The position numbers were made by a program, and so were the translations under genes. Positions 21,466 to 33,349 of a stretch of DNA of 64,000 nucleotides are shown here, piece after piece. The notes under the pieces were generated by a model. That model had not been told where the DNA came from, did no database searches, and saw only the letters and a program-made list of their open reading frames with translations. The stretch is taken from positions 211,319-275,318 of the forward strand of contig JBGAIQ010000002.1 of NCBI GenBank assembly GCA_044225365.1, given 5' to 3'. Source of the DNA: Planctomycetota bacterium. Lineage in GTDB: Bacteria; Planctomycetota; B15-G4; JADJEK01. The first letter of the stretch is position 1. Every line of letters begins with the position of its first letter.

Positions 21466-22212
21466 ATGCGAGTCAAAGTCGTCATACCGGCGCTCGACGA
21501 AGAGGACGCGATCGGTCTCGTGCTCGAGGCACTTCCTCGCGGTCGTCTCGAGGTGGGAGGGCGGAGCGTCGAGATCGCGGAGGTGATCGTCGTCGACAAC
21601 GGGAGTCGAGACGCGACCGCCGCCGTCGCTCGCCGTCATGGTGCGCGGGTCGTCGCGGAGCCGCGGCGCGGCTACGGCTCGGCCTGCCTCGCCGGGATCG
21701 AGGCCGCCGGAGACTGCGACGTGATCGCCTTCCTCGACGCCGATTTCTCGGATCATCCCGAGGAGATCGTTCGACTGCTCGAACCGCTCGTGCGAGGCGA
21801 GGCCGATCTCGTCATCGGTTCGCGAATGCTCGACGCGGCGAGTCGCCGCGCGCTGTTTCCACAGGCGCGGTTCGGCAATTGGCTCGCATCACGCCTGCTT
21901 CGTCTCGTCTACGGTGTCGAAGTCTCCGACCTCGGACCGTTCCGCGCGGTCCGGGTGGAGGCTCTGCGCCGAATCGGAATGCGCGATCGCGACTACGGTT
22001 GGACCGTCGAGATGCAGGCCCGCGCCTTCGCGCTGGGGTTGCGGGTCGTCGAGGTCAAGGTGAGCTACCGCAACCGGATCGGGGCCTCCAAGATCGCGGG
22101 AACCGTGAAGGGCACTTTGCGCGCCGGCACGAAGATCCTCTACACGATCGCGCGCGAATGGCTCACTTTCGCGCGCTCGCGACGCCGTCGTCCGCCTTCG
22201 ACTCCAGCTTGA
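21466..22212 (+). CDS. Glycosyltransferase family 2 (DPM1-like)
   Basis: VVIPALDEE, VVDNGSRD, RGYGSAC, FLDAD, SDLGPFRA, YGWTVEM. Confidence 0.93.
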   Translation: MRVKVVIPALDEEDAIGLVLEALPRGRLEVGGRSVEIAEVIVVDNGSRDATAAVARRHGARVVAEPRRGYGSACLAGIEAAGDCDVIAFLDADFSDHPEEIVRLLEPLVRGEADLVIGSRMLDAASRRALFPQARFGNWLASRLLRLVYGVEVSDLGPFRAVRVEALRRIGMRDRDYGWTVEMQARAFALGLRVVEVKVSYRNRIGASKIAGTVKGTLRAGTKILYTIAREWLTFARSRRRRPPSTPA

Positions 22213-23527
22213 GTTGGTGGCGAGTGCGGGTCACGACGATCTCGTCGGAGGATCCGACGAATACTCGCGGCACGACCAGCACCGGCAGCCCCGGGCAGGT
22301 CACGTGCAGGTCGACGACCGACGGCTCGGGCATGCGCAGCACGAAGGAACCGTTCTCATCGGGAGTCGCTCGGACGGGGGCGAGATAGGGATCGATGCCG
22401 CTGCGCGAATCATGGGTGTCGCGGGTCTTCACGACTTCGACCGCGACGCCGTCGATACCGAAACCGTCTGGATCCGCGATCCGGCCGTGGATCGCGTGGC
22501 CTTCCGCGAGGCTGATTTCGGCGGGTAGGAATTCACCGTCGCGCAGGATCGCGAGGATCGAACTCGTCGCCCGAGCGAAGCCTTCGCTCTCGGCGACGAT
22601 GAGATAGTGCGCGGCATTGAGGCCTTCGAAACGGAAGAGACCCTCTTGCCCGGTGATCAGCCAGCGCGCTTCGACGCCGTAGCCCTGCGCTTCCGTCGCG
22701 CGCGGCAGCACGATCCAGGAATCGTGTTTCGGCTGCGTCTCGAGGAGGAGGAGGGAGACACGAGTGTTCGCGGCGGGTCGCCCGTCCGGGCGCAGCACAC
22801 GGCCCGTGATCGCGGCGCCGCGATGCAGCGTCACCTCGACGAGCGCGGTCCCGCCAGCAGGGGCGAAGATTCCCGACACGGTCGTGTCGTGATACGCGGC
22901 GAGACCGCCGACGCGGAGCGACGTCGCGATCTCCGGGAGCACGGGGCAGAGTCGGAACTTGCCATGTTCGTCGGTGAGCGCGAGTTTCAGAGGGAGCCGC
23001 GGATAGCTCGCACCCTCGGGGAGCTTCATCGCGAGACCGGTGTCGTAGTCGGTCATCACGACTGGCGTGACGGTCTTGCCCTGCAGGCCTCCGTCGCCCA
23101 CGGCGACCCCGACGCCCTGCAGCGGTCTTCCCTGCTCGTCGCAAACGACGCCCTCGACGGCCGACGCTGGCGTGAGCGCGAGCGACGCGCTCTCGACGAC
23201 GAGCCGCGCGGGCGTGATGACGAGTCGGATGGGTGACGCGAGATATCGCTCGTGATCGCGGGCATCGAGCAGCCAGGTGGACGTCGCCACCTTCTCGAAG
23301 CGGAACGAGCCATCCTTCTGGGTGAGTGTCGAACGCATGCTGCTGTACGACAGCGGGCCGAGGTCGCGATCGAGCCGCGTGAGCCGCACGTCGGCGCCGT
23401 CGATCGGAGTGCCCTGGAGATCCGTGACCCGACCCGCGATCACTCCGGGATCGACGTTCTCGGGTTCACCCGCGCCCGCGAAGGACGCCGCCACCGCCGC
23501 AAGGACGAAGCATGCGAAGAAGCGCAT
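22163..23527 (-). CDS. Secreted protein with carboxypeptidase-regulatory-like (Cna-B-type) repeats
   Basis: Signal peptide and four repeats of I.GRV.D..G.P..G..V...T...G.F. Confidence 0.8.
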   Translation of the reverse strand: MRFFACFVLAAVAASFAGAGEPENVDPGVIAGRVTDLQGTPIDGADVRLTRLDRDLGPLSYSSMRSTLTQKDGSFRFEKVATSTWLLDARDHERYLASPIRLVITPARLVVESASLALTPASAVEGVVCDEQGRPLQGVGVAVGDGGLQGKTVTPVVMTDYDTGLAMKLPEGASYPRLPLKLALTDEHGKFRLCPVLPEIATSLRVGGLAAYHDTTVSGIFAPAGGTALVEVTLHRGAAITGRVLRPDGRPAANTRVSLLLLETQPKHDSWIVLPRATEAQGYGVEARWLITGQEGLFRFEGLNAAHYLIVAESEGFARATSSILAILRDGEFLPAEISLAEGHAIHGRIADPDGFGIDGVAVEVVKTRDTHDSRSGIDPYLAPVRATPDENGSFVLRMPEPSVVDLHVTCPGLPVLVVPRVFVGSSDEIVVTRTRHQLKLESKADDGVASARK

Positions 23528-23576
23528 GTCCTGCGTATCGGTTTCGAGGAGGGGCGAATGAAGGGAAAAGAACGGG

Positions 23577-23608
23577 CCTTCGCGCGGACTTCGTTCCGGC
23601 CGCGAAGG
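23577..23608 (-). terminator. Probable intrinsic terminator
   Basis: CCTTCGCG/CGCGAAGG stem with inner CGGA/TCCG, followed on the minus strand by CCCGTTCTTTTCC. Confidence 0.5.
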
Positions 23609-23609
23609 A

Positions 23610-23800
23610 TCAGGTATCGAAGCTTTGCCGAGCCTGCCCTTCGGCAGCGAGGCGGCTCGCGAATGTCGAGAGATCGACGGAGTGAATCGCCGCGACGAGG
23701 AGTCGGTCGAGTGTTTCGATGTGGTCGATCCGCGAAAGACCGTCCTCGACCTCGGGCGGGACTGCGTGGAATCGAGCGCGCAGGAGTTGCTCGATTTCGA
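23610..23800 (-). pseudogene. Rpn/DUF4351-like C-terminal fragment
   Basis: LLRARFHAVPPEVEDGLSRIDHIETLDRLLVAAIHSVDLSTF. No nuclease domain and no canonical start nearby. Confidence 0.5.
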
Positions 23801-23932
23801 GCGAGTCGAATGGTGAGCCCGCGATGAGACGAAGCGCGTTCCTCGTTCGGATTCGCCGCGCGTTCGTCGCGGCGTATGGGTGTGCGTGGCAGCGGGCGTC
23901 ACGCCCAATACGCAGGTCGGGTTGGCCGGGCC

Positions 23933-24631
23933 TCAGTGCTCTTCTTGCATCAGGGCCGCGGGGATCCGCGTCGGTTTGATGTTCAGTCCGCCGGCGTCGT
24001 CGAGCGTCAGTTCGTACAACATCCCCTTCTCCATGCGGGTGTAGACGGCTTCGCCTTGAGCGATGCGGACGCCTTCCTGCTTTGCGAGTTCGGGGTTGTT
24101 CGCGAGCTGCCAGAAGCGTTCCCACAGCGCCCGTTCGGCGTCGGTCACGGTCTCGCGCGACCGATACGCGCGGGGGACCGCGTCGTCCTCGGCCGGATCG
24201 AGGGGCTTGCCTTCGCTCGGTTTCTGATGCTCCCCGTACATGCGGCGGAACAACAGGACGCTGCGGCCCTTCACGGGATCGCCGGCCTCGACCAGTTCGG
24301 GTTCGAACTTCAGGACGAGACCATCGAAGTAGACGACCTCGCCCTCGACGTCGGTCTCCACCGTGTGGACGGGCTTGCCGGCTTCGTCGACTTCGACGAA
24401 GCGGACTTTCGACCACACCTTCTGGGTCTTCTCGTCGGTCCATCTCCGGGCTACGACCGCCTGCGCGACGCGGCGTGTGCGAATGAGTCGGCCGATCGCG
24501 GCGCGCTGCGCTTCGATCTCTCGCGTCTTCTCCGCCAGTTCCTGGTCGTGCGCGTGCACCATGCGCCAGCCGACGAAGCCGAAGGTGGCGAGCAGCGAGA
24601 GGAAGAGGAGCAGGATGAGATTGCGGAGCAT
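23933..24631 (-). CDS. Membrane-anchored hypothetical protein
   Basis: N-terminal TM, coiled coil, GGAGG RBS upstream of ATG. Confidence 0.8.
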   Translation of the reverse strand: MLRNLILLLFLSLLATFGFVGWRMVHAHDQELAEKTREIEAQRAAIGRLIRTRRVAQAVVARRWTDEKTQKVWSKVRFVEVDEAGKPVHTVETDVEGEVVYFDGLVLKFEPELVEAGDPVKGRSVLLFRRMYGEHQKPSEGKPLDPAEDDAVPRAYRSRETVTDAERALWERFWQLANNPELAKQEGVRIAQGEAVYTRMEKGMLYELTLDDAGGLNIKPTRIPAALMQEEH

Positions 24632-24702
24632 GTTCCGCCTCCGAAGGGAATCGTACTCCTACGGCGTGTGAAACGAATCGTTCGAACGAAATGCCGTGGT
24701 CG

Positions 24703-25113
24703 TCAGGATCGCCGATCGACGATCGCCCACGTGCCCTGGGCGCGTGCGACGAGGGTTCCATCGTCGCGAACGCACTCTCCCTCGACGAATGCGACCCGTT
24801 TCCCGCGCTTACTGACCCTTGCGAGCGCCGTGAGGCGCCCTTGGGCCTGGGCGAGGAACTGCACCGAGAGTTGAACGGTCGCCGTGAGCTGACCCGCTTC
24901 GAGCGTGCGAGCGCAACAGCGGCCCATCGCACCGTCGAGCAACATCATCGGCAGTGCTCCATGCACGATGCCGACCTCGTTGAGGTGCGACTCGTCCGTG
25001 TCGATCGAGAGTCGGACGCGTCCATCCGCGAGATCCTCCGTGCGGATGCCGAGCTTCTGATTGAAAGGCGAGTTCGGGACCGGATTCGACACGCGATTCT
25101 CCCTCGTCCGCAC
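24703..25113 (-). CDS. PaaI-family hotdog thioesterase
   Basis: PFNQKLG, HLNEVGIVHGA...LLD.AMG, TVQLSVQFL. Confidence 0.9.
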   Translation of the reverse strand: MRTRENRVSNPVPNSPFNQKLGIRTEDLADGRVRLSIDTDESHLNEVGIVHGALPMMLLDGAMGRCCARTLEAGQLTATVQLSVQFLAQAQGRLTALARVSKRGKRVAFVEGECVRDDGTLVARAQGTWAIVDRRS

Positions 25114-25132
25114 GCGCGGGACGCATGAAGGA

Positions 25133-26176
25133 CTACTGAACGATGACGACGCGACAGTTTCGGCACGCGACGGCGCCGTGCGCCTCCATCGCCGCCAGCG
25201 GGTTCATCTGACCACACGATCCGCACCGCAGACTGCGTCCGCCGCGCTCGCTCTCGAACTTCACGTGCCCACAGCGGATGCACGACGCTTCGTCGAGCGC
25301 GGTGAACTTCCGACAGTTCGGGCAACGCGCGGTTCGTGGTCGGCCCTCGGTGTCCGACGTCGACTGGAGCGCTTCGACGATGCGATCGTACGCGCCCTGG
25401 ATCGACTTGAACTTCTCCGCGGCCACGTCGGCGAACTCCTTGCCGAGGTGCTCGTAGCGATCGGGATGATAGGTCTTCACGTAATCGCGGTATCGCTCCC
25501 GTACGACCTTCTCCGGAGCGCCGGGCGGAAGATCGAGCACGCGGTAGTCGGCCTCGCTCGCGCGGCCACGCACGGTCACGATGAAGTCGGCGCGGATGCC
25601 ATCGTAGTCCGCCTGTGTGAGGTCGAGCCCGGCTGCGGCCTCCGTGAGACCGCGTTCGCGGTCGTACGTCAGCGGTCGAGTGAGAGCGACGCGGAACAAC
25701 GAGAAGAGGATCTGGATGCGATCCTTGCGCGACGACTTCGCCATGGCAACGAGACGAGTCGCGGCTTGCCGCGCGGGCTCGGATCCGCGCTTCGCTTCGG
25801 CGTTCAGCAGCGCGTCGATCGAGGCGATCTCCGCCGCACCGGCGCGTTGATCGACGACGAACCACGAGCGAGCTGCGACCCGAGCGACCTCGTCGAACTC
25901 ACCGCCCTCGCGAGCCACGGCACCGAACAGTCGCACGTGCGCTTCGATGTGACGCATGCGCCACGCCGAGCCAGCGCCGCTCGGCACCGCGCCCCGCGGC
26001 GAAGGACCTCTCGAAGGACGCTGGCCGCTTCGATCGAGGACGCGCCGGCCAACGAGGACCCCGGCGAACGCGCAGATCAATGCCATGGGCATTCGCTTGA
26101 ACAACACGATTCCGACCGCGGCGCCAACGACGGCGGCGAGCACATCGGCATCCCGAATCCACGCCTTCTTCTTCAC
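25133..26176 (-). CDS. DjlA-like co-chaperone (TM, TerB-like, J domain) with C-terminal zinc ribbons
   Basis: YRVLDL..YHPDR J domain, then CPNC/CIRC and CGSC/CRNC. Confidence 0.8.
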   Translation of the reverse strand: MKKKAWIRDADVLAAVVGAAVGIVLFKRMPMALICAFAGVLVGRRVLDRSGQRPSRGPSPRGAVPSGAGSAWRMRHIEAHVRLFGAVAREGGEFDEVARVAARSWFVVDQRAGAAEIASIDALLNAEAKRGSEPARQAATRLVAMAKSSRKDRIQILFSLFRVALTRPLTYDRERGLTEAAAGLDLTQADYDGIRADFIVTVRGRASEADYRVLDLPPGAPEKVVRERYRDYVKTYHPDRYEHLGKEFADVAAEKFKSIQGAYDRIVEALQSTSDTEGRPRTARCPNCRKFTALDEASCIRCGHVKFESERGGRSLRCGSCGQMNPLAAMEAHGAVACRNCRVVIVQ

Positions 26177-27770
26177 TGCGTCGATGCCGGTTCGAGCTCG
26201 TGCGCCGCGCCGTCCACAGGGCAGGTCGGAGGGACGTGGAGGAGCTGGGCGATCGTGGGTGCGAGGTCGACGGACGAGAAGCGCTCGGTGCGCGTCGCGC
26301 GCGCCATGCCGGAGCGCAGGAACAGCATGGGAATGTGCTGGTCGTATTCGTGATGCGTGGAGTGATTCGTCTTCACGTAGCCGACGGTGTCGAGATAGTC
26401 GAGCTGCCAGTTCGGCTTGAACGCCAGGACGACATCGCCGCTGCGATCCGCGTTGAACGAACGGCGGAACGGGTCGGGCGCTACCGGAACCGCGCGCGTC
26501 ATCTGATCGCGAGTCCACGCATCCTCGATGCCCGGCAAGGTGCGCACGACTCGCGCCGCCGCCTCCTCGATCTCGCTCGCGCGGTGTCCGGAGTTCGTGA
26601 TCGCGGCGCGATTCAGGTACACGTCGGGCAGCACTCCGTCCACCCAGTTCGATGCCCCGAACTCGCGATCGAGCGAATCGTCGATCGCGCGCGTCACCTT
26701 GGCGATCTGCAAACGACCGGCATCGAGTCCCTGCTGGACCAGGTGTTCGACGACCGGGCTCACGCCGTGATCGGCGGAGAAGGCGAACAAGACCGCGCCC
26801 TTCTCGCGCCGACTCTCGACCTCACGCAGGAAGCGTCCGAGCGTGCCATCGAGCCGCGCGTAGTAATCGGCGAGCTCTCGCGACTCCGGCCCGTAGGCGT
26901 GACCGATGTAGTCGGACGCGGAGAGCCCGACGCAGAGCAGATCGGGCGCGTCGTCCTTGCCGAGATCCATTGCATCGATCGCGCGCAGCGCGAGTTCGAG
27001 AGTACGCTCGTCGCCGAGCGGGAAGAATGTGAAGTCCGCCGGTGATCTCACCACGTGGGGGAAGGTCGTGTCCTTCGTGGTCGCGAGCCCGTAGCGCCCT
27101 TCGTAGGCCATCGCATCCGCCGTCGCGCCGACCGCATCGAACTGGGCGTCGTCGAGGATCGGAGTCCAGCTCTTGCCGAACTCGGCTTCGGGCGGACGTT
27201 CGTCGTTGAAGCGTGCGACGAACGGCGGCAAGGTCGATGCGTACCAGGTGGAGGTCACGTAGCGGCCCGATTTGTCGTCCAGGAAGCAGCAGATGTCGGG
27301 ATGCTGGCCACCGAGCAATGCCGCCGAACGATTCTTCAAGCCGAGCGCGACGACTCGTGATTCCTTGTTCTTCGCCTTCATCCAATCGCCTAGCGCCGGC
27401 ACCAGGAGATCTCGCGAGGACGAGCCCGTTCCCTCACCGCCGACGAGCTTCGTCTGATCGTCGACGGCGGCGAGCTTGAACTTTCCTGGAGTCGAGGCCG
27501 GGATCTGGTTCGCGATCATCCCATTCCGCGCGGGGTTGCATCCCGTGATGAGCGTCGCGTGCCCTGGCGAAGTCGCAGTCACTGCGTGTTCATGAAAGGC
27601 ACGGGTGAAGCGAATGCTCTCGTCGCGCACTCGGCGCAGACCATCGGTGAGGACGGGTGAGAAGCGATCGAGGTAGTCCGCGCGCATCTGATCGATGACG
27701 ACGAGGACGACGAGGCGCGGCGGCGCCTGTCGTTCGACCGAGCACAACGAAGCGAGCAGGAACAGCGAGT

Positions 27771-27783
<13 letters not shown>
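26173..27783 (-). CDS. Alkaline phosphatase family (PafA-like)
   Basis: VIDQMRADYL, TATSPGHATL.TG, SASDYIGHAYGP, SADHG, H...EYD.HIP. Confidence 0.9.
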
Positions 27784-29996
<2,213 letters not shown>

Positions 29997-30010
29997 CGTT
30001 GGCCTCGTCC

Positions 30011-31075
30011 TCAAACCGTCGACTCGTCGTCGACGACGGCATAGCTCTGCGAACGCCCCCGCGGGCCCCGCGGTTGCGGTGCGTCGACCACCGGACTCCT
30101 GGCGTACACCAGTTCGGGATCGCGCTCGGTGCGGGGCGTCGTCGTCGCTCGGTAGATCGCGACGAGTCCGGCGCAGCGCGCGACGATCAGCGCCATGAGG
30201 AGCCACAGCGCGAGTTGGAAGATCGTGATATGGAGTCCGATCGGGGAGAGGTGGAAGTCGAGCGCCCTTCCTTCGTCACCGAAGATCCCGCTGAGTGGCG
30301 CCCAGTCGCGATCGAGTGGGATGCGACGCATGAATTCGTCGACGCCGAAGAAGACAGCGAGGATGCAGGCGCCGTGGAACGCGGAGAACAAGAGCATCGT
30401 GAACGGGCGACGCAGGCACAGGTGGAGTCCCTGGAAGTAGCCGCGCAGCATCGAGCGATCGTCGTCGACGACCGCTCGGACGCGAGCGATCGAAGTCGGC
30501 ATCAGGACGAGGAGCAGGAAGAGCGCGAGGAAGAGCACGGTCTTTCCGGCGAGCGCGTAACCGAGTAGCGATGCTGAAGCCGAACCGTCTCTCACTTCGT
30601 CGAAGTACCAGGTGAGCAGCGAACTCGCCTGCGCGTTGAGTTCGGCGAGGATCCACGTCGCAATCGCCGCGGGAACGAGTCCGCGCAGGAACGCGAAGAA
30701 GTTGCGGCCACAGGCCGCGAAGAATCCCGTGAGCGTCAGTTTGCGAGTCGGCTCGGCGAGCGCCGCGAGTGCGCCCCCTTCGACGAAGATCCAGATCAGG
30801 AACCATGCGATCGACGCGACGGCGAGCGTCGCCGCGAGCGAGCCGAACGTCGCCGAATGGACTCGCATGAAATCGCCGACGAATGCGCCGTCGTAGTGAT
30901 CGAACAACTCGCGGGTCGAGGGCGAGGACGCGAGCTGAGTCTTGAACGTCTCGTAGATCGGCACGGCCACACAGGCCGAGAGAACGAGATTGGGCAGGTA
31001 AAGGAAGAACACGCTTCGCACGCTGAACAGCGCACGGGCGAGTCCTTTCACGGTCGCTTCGATCGCGAGCAGCAT
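30011..31075 (-). CDS. Multi-pass membrane protein
   Basis: About 6 hydrophobic helices. First gene of the minus-strand run. Confidence 0.8.
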   Translation of the reverse strand: MLLAIEATVKGLARALFSVRSVFFLYLPNLVLSACVAVPIYETFKTQLASSPSTRELFDHYDGAFVGDFMRVHSATFGSLAATLAVASIAWFLIWIFVEGGALAALAEPTRKLTLTGFFAACGRNFFAFLRGLVPAAIATWILAELNAQASSLLTWYFDEVRDGSASASLLGYALAGKTVLFLALFLLLVLMPTSIARVRAVVDDDRSMLRGYFQGLHLCLRRPFTMLLFSAFHGACILAVFFGVDEFMRRIPLDRDWAPLSGIFGDEGRALDFHLSPIGLHITIFQLALWLLMALIVARCAGLVAIYRATTTPRTERDPELVYARSPVVDAPQPRGPRGRSQSYAVVDDESTV

Positions 31076-31416
31076 GGATGGGTTCCTGAGGTCTCACGCG
31101 GCGCATCGCCTGCGCGTCATGGGTCCGACCCCACTCTACCAGCCTGTTGAAGAACTGGGCTGGCGTTCGCCCGGCTGCGGAGCGCGTGAGCTTCGTCGGA
31201 CATCGTCACCATGTCTTTCCATTGGCATCGGCGTCCGCGCACGAAGGACTTCTCGCCGTTCACGCCGATCGGGGACCCTTCGAATTCTGGCGGCGTCTTG
31301 TGGCGAGGGCCCGGATTCGTTACGAATTCCGCCGCGTGAACGTGAGGCGATCGTCAAGGCGTCTCGAGGAATCGTCGAGGTTTCGAGTTATCGAGGTACT
31401 CATGATCTCCATGCGG

Positions 31417-31755
31417 ATGAAGTTCCTGCGCGGCGCCCTGTCCCTGCTCCCTCTGGTCGTCTTCGCTGCGTGCGAAGCGGCGCCCCAGCCGAGCCGCGAC
31501 GCAGCCAAGGCAATCAAAATCGATCGTCACGCCGATCCTCGCACGCTGGTGATGCGCGGATCGGTCAGCGTCACGGTCGAGGTTCCACAGGCCTCCCTCG
31601 ATCACGCCGAGGACTACGCGCTCGAGGCGCTCAAGCTCGAGGCCCTGCGGAAGCACCCGAGCACGACGATCCTGTTCGGGGTTCGGGTCGCGCCGGGCTC
31701 GGATTCCGCGAGTTACGTCGTGTCGGGCATCTGCGCGGAGAGCCGGCCGGACTGA
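31417..31755 (+). CDS. Small hypothetical lipoprotein
   Basis: MKFLRGALSLLPLVVFAAC lipobox. Confidence 0.65.
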   Translation: MKFLRGALSLLPLVVFAACEAAPQPSRDAAKAIKIDRHADPRTLVMRGSVSVTVEVPQASLDHAEDYALEALKLEALRKHPSTTILFGVRVAPGSDSASYVVSGICAESRPD

Positions 31756-31876
31756 GCGGTCGCGGCGACGTCCGGCCGCGAGCAATCTCGAGTTCGGCGC
31801 TTCTTCCCTTGCGGCGACTCGCGGCTCATTTCCGGCTGCGACGAATTGCTCGTCAAGACGCCCCTTCCCGAAACCG

Positions 31877-32764
31877 ATGAAACGGACCCGCGATCGCAAG
31901 CGCCGGCTTGCCGCGGGTCGTTTTCATGGGCTTGGGAATCGATCCGCGATGTCGGCAACCTGGTCAGCAGACCGCTCTACGCCCGCCACCCTTCGAACCC
32001 GCAGCCAGGTCGATCCGTCCGATTCGGGCGGCGCGCGGCCGGCGTCGCGCTCGAACTCGATGTTCGACGCGCTGTCGCACGAGGTGGGGGCACCGGGGCC
32101 GGCGATCCTGCGAACGATCCAGAGCGCGCTCGCGGCGCGGTCGGTCTTCTTTCGTCGCGAGTTGCAGCATTGCCTCCATCGAACCGACCCGCGAGTCACC
32201 CTCGCAGTCCTCGGACTCGGCGGAGACGGCCGCGACCTCTTCCAGTTCGCGATGCGGGAGCGCTGGTCGTCGGCGATCGACGCCCTCCTCGTCAGTCGGA
32301 GCTGCGATCGCGATGTCCTGGTGGAAGCGAGCGGCTGGTCGCGCGACGTGCTCGAGGGAGATGAATCCCTCGCGCGCTTCGAGGTTCGTCAGCAGTGCGT
32401 GCACGACTACTTGATGGAGGCAACCGCTGGAAGTGTCGCGTTTCGCGACCTCGTGCTGTGCCCCGATCTGCTCGACGAACAGGACGACATCCCGGCGAGT
32501 GACGATCTGCGGCGCGCGATCGAGCTCGTGCGTCCCGGCGGAATCGTCCTCTGCGCGAGTTTCGACAGCGAATTGACGGATGCCGAACTCGAATCGGCGG
32601 TAACGCTCGAGATCTCACGCACCCGCCCCCGCGCGCGAAGTGCCGACGATCTCGATCGAATCGTGACCCTCGCCGATCCGTCGCAGCGCCATCGCACCAC
32701 TCAACTCGAACGCGGTCCGAACCGCTACTTGCTCCTGCGTCGCGGTGGAACCCTCCCGGTCTGA
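31877..32764 (+). CDS. Divergent class I SAM-methyltransferase-like protein
   Basis: VLGLGGDG (motif I-like), DLVLCPDLLD, LVRPGGIVL. Start uncertain. Confidence 0.5.
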   Translation: MKRTRDRKRRLAAGRFHGLGNRSAMSATWSADRSTPATLRTRSQVDPSDSGGARPASRSNSMFDALSHEVGAPGPAILRTIQSALAARSVFFRRELQHCLHRTDPRVTLAVLGLGGDGRDLFQFAMRERWSSAIDALLVSRSCDRDVLVEASGWSRDVLEGDESLARFEVRQQCVHDYLMEATAGSVAFRDLVLCPDLLDEQDDIPASDDLRRAIELVRPGGIVLCASFDSELTDAELESAVTLEISRTRPRARSADDLDRIVTLADPSQRHRTTQLERGPNRYLLLRRGGTLPV

Positions 32765-33282
32765 TTCGTTCGCTTCTTTATCGTGAGCCTCGGGCGCGTT
32801 GGCCGCGTCGTCGAAGTCGCATCTTCCATCGCTCGCGCGAGTGCGCGCGTGAGTTCGCTGCGACGGATGTGGGGCGCGGTCCGCTCCATCTCGCTCCTCG
32901 TCGTGAGTTCCGCACTGCGCGCGCGCGCGCGGGCGAAGAGCTCTCTCGCGAGTGCGCAGGGACCGAACTGCACGATCTTCAAGTACCCCGCGGCGAGTTG
33001 AATCAGCGTTTGGAGGAGGGCTCGCTCGTACCCAGTGGCGTCGTGCCATCGTTCCTCCCACACCTCGTGCGCTTCCCAGTAGAACGCCCGATTGAAGAGG
33101 TCGACGCCGTGGAGGAGTGCGGCGGCCGCGCTGCGCTGGCTCGCGCCGGAGTTGCGCAGATGACCAAGAGGGTGTCGCAGCGGATGGGGCATCGCTCCCG
33201 GGACGTAGCGGTACGGAGGGAGTCGTACGTGCCGCGCATAGCGCGGCAGAGCGGCTGAGCTCGCTTCAGGGACTCTTCGCAT
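32725..33282 (-). CDS. DUF309 protein
   Basis: GVDLFNRAFYWEAHEVWEERW, LQTLIQLAA. Confidence 0.88.
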   Translation of the reverse strand: MRRVPEASSAALPRYARHVRLPPYRYVPGAMPHPLRHPLGHLRNSGASQRSAAAALLHGVDLFNRAFYWEAHEVWEERWHDATGYERALLQTLIQLAAGYLKIVQFGPCALARELFARARARSAELTTRSEMERTAPHIRRSELTRALARAMEDATSTTRPTRPRLTIKKRTNQTGRVPPRRRSK

Positions 33283-33349
33283 CGGTGTCGCAGTATCGCA
33301 CGAAGTGGGCGCGATGCGATCGTTCGTCCGCGCGGCGGGTGACCTGGGA

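Noticed and set aside
18715-21756. 1013-aa fusion ORF in the track
   Set aside because: The sulfatase begins at GTG 20235 with its own signal peptide. The upstream part overlaps a better gene in another frame.
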